Shown here: positions 54,865 to 55,672 of the stretch, in pieces
Layout: every line of letters begins with the position of its first letter
Numbering within the stretch: position 1 is the first letter of the stretch
Assembly: GCA_902796355.1 (NCBI GenBank)
Contig: CADBOU010000101.1
Coordinates: 1-55,672 of the forward strand
Direction of reading: 5' to 3'
Source: an uncultured Lachnospiraceae bacterium
Lineage (GTDB): Bacteria > Bacillota > Clostridia > Lachnospirales > Lachnospiraceae
Length of the DNA stretch: 55,672 nt
Notes under the pieces: model-generated
What the model was told of the DNA's origin: nothing
The model's input: only the letters and a program-made list of their open reading frames with translations
Databases searched by the model: none
Translations under genes and position numbers: made by a program

Positions 54865-54893
54865 TTGACTTTAAAGGTGTTATTGAATATAAT
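54865..54893 (+). promoter_or_regulatory. Putative sigma-A promoter of the NAD(P)H-hydrate dehydratase gene
   Basis: TTGACT (54865-54870), 17 nt, TATAAT (54888-54893). Confidence 0.5.
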
Positions 54894-54934
54894 TAATCTG
54901 TATATATATGCATAATAGACAGGAAAACAAACAT

Positions 54935-55672
54935 ATGTATTTTGAAATTCAACCTGAAAAAATGCTTCCGAAACGGAGTCCCGACAGTCACAAAGGGACG
55001 TACGGAAGAGTTCTTTTAATTGCGGGATCAAAGGGTATGGCCGGTGCAGCGTATCTGGCCGGTATGACTGCTTACAGATCCGGCTGCGGGCTTGTGGAAA
55101 TATTCACCCATGAGGACAATCGAATTATTTTGCAGGAGCTGCTGCCGGAAGCGATTATGACTACATATCGGGACGAGCTGGCAGATGAGTTGTCAGACAA
55201 ACTGGGTCGTTCGCTTGATAAAGCAGATTCGGTTGCCATCGGATGCGGTATAGGGTGCGATGAGACATCGTCACTTCTCTTGTCACGCACTTGCCGGTTT
55301 GCTGCTGATTCGCCTGTACCGATTACCATTGATGCAGATGCCATTACGTTGCTGGGACGCCGCGCTGATCTCATGTCATGTATCAGCGGACGCAGTGTTG
55401 TTCTGACTCCTCATCCGAAGGAAATGTCCGTTTTGATCCACACTTCGGTTGAAGAGGTGGAAGAGGACCGCGAGGTCACTGTTGACCGTTTTGTCAGGGC
55501 TGCTCAGGTTACTTGTCTGCTCAAAGGACACCGGACCTTAGTGGGAGCGCCCCAGAAAGATGTTTACATTAATATGACCGGAAACGACGGTATGGCCTGT
55601 GGAGGCTCAGGAGATGTTCTGACCGGTTTGATCACCGGTCTGACGGCACAGGGGCTGACACCTTATGACGCC
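54935..55672 (+). CDS. nnrD: ADP-dependent NAD(P)H-hydrate dehydratase (YjeF C-terminal / Nnr family), 3' end beyond the window
   Basis: This open frame is absent from the ORF track because it has no stop inside the window. It translates as MYFEIQPEKMLPKRSPDSHKGTYGRVLLIAGSKGMAGAAYLAG ... LTPHPKE ... GGSGDVLTGLITG, which are classic carbohydrate-kinase-type Nnr motifs. The weak SD makes the exact start uncertain. Confidence 0.85.
   Translation, partial: MYFEIQPEKMLPKRSPDSHKGTYGRVLLIAGSKGMAGAAYLAGMTAYRSGCGLVEIFTHEDNRIILQELLPEAIMTTYRDELADELSDKLGRSLDKADSVAIGCGIGCDETSSLLLSRTCRFAADSPVPITIDADAITLLGRRADLMSCISGRSVVLTPHPKEMSVLIHTSVEEVEEDREVTVDRFVRAAQVTCLLKGHRTLVGAPQKDVYINMTGNDGMACGGSGDVLTGLITGLTAQGLTPYDA

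Noticed and set aside
54825-55031. 68-aa minus-strand ORF near the right edge of the window
   Set aside because: It overlaps the promoter and the 5' end of the clearly coding plus-strand NAD(P)H-hydrate dehydratase frame, which is missing from the track only because it has no stop in the window.
1-55672. I looked for mobile elements, CRISPR arrays, toxin-antitoxin pairs, defence-system signatures, and repeats of more than about 20 bp shared between distant sites.
   Set aside because: No transposase, integrase or recombinase-like ORF, no direct-repeat array and no duplicated hairpin family was seen by eye. An exhaustive repeat search would need computation.

Overview
The window looks like core chromosome of an anaerobic Firmicute. 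The gene content and the type-A RNase P RNA suggest Clostridia, possibly Lachnospiraceae, but that is inference only. I saw no rRNA, tRNA, CRISPR array, transposase, integrase or phage gene.

Gene order, left to right:
- 3' part of rnpB (RNase P RNA)
- rqcH (minus strand) and rny
- a livGF-SBP-livHM-type ABC importer
- aspartate aminotransferase
- iscR-nifS-iscU-mnmA
- a divergent pair of GAPDH paralogs leading a gap-pgk-tpiA-[adenine deaminase]-gpmI block
- a roughly 20-kb purine/urate-type catabolic island
- pyrH-frr, then uppS-cdsA-dxr-rseP
- three tightly coupled uncharacterised genes
- purB and the start of an NAD(P)H-hydrate dehydratase gene

The catabolic island holds a three-subunit molybdenum hydroxylase, two unusual fold-type-II PLP enzymes and serC-serA. 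It also holds a DUF1015-like gene, ssnA-like and ygfK-like genes, a polar amino-acid ABC importer fused in register to a DapF-fold racemase, a hydantoinase with an insertion, and an XdhC-type maturation factor.

Two candidates for undescribed biology stand out:
1. The three-gene module at 47949-53306: an 1100-aa Ig-like plus helical-repeat protein, a degenerate Hsp70-shaped protein, and a TPR-like protein. It is inserted into the otherwise conserved uppS-cdsA-dxr-rseP synteny.
2. The non-canonical composition of the purine-catabolic island. Within this window it lacks ygeW, ygeX, ygeY and carbamate kinase. In their place it carries the PLP-enzyme tandem, serCA, the DUF1015-like gene and the importer-racemase unit.

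All functional calls come from motif recognition by eye and from recalled family knowledge. No searches were run.
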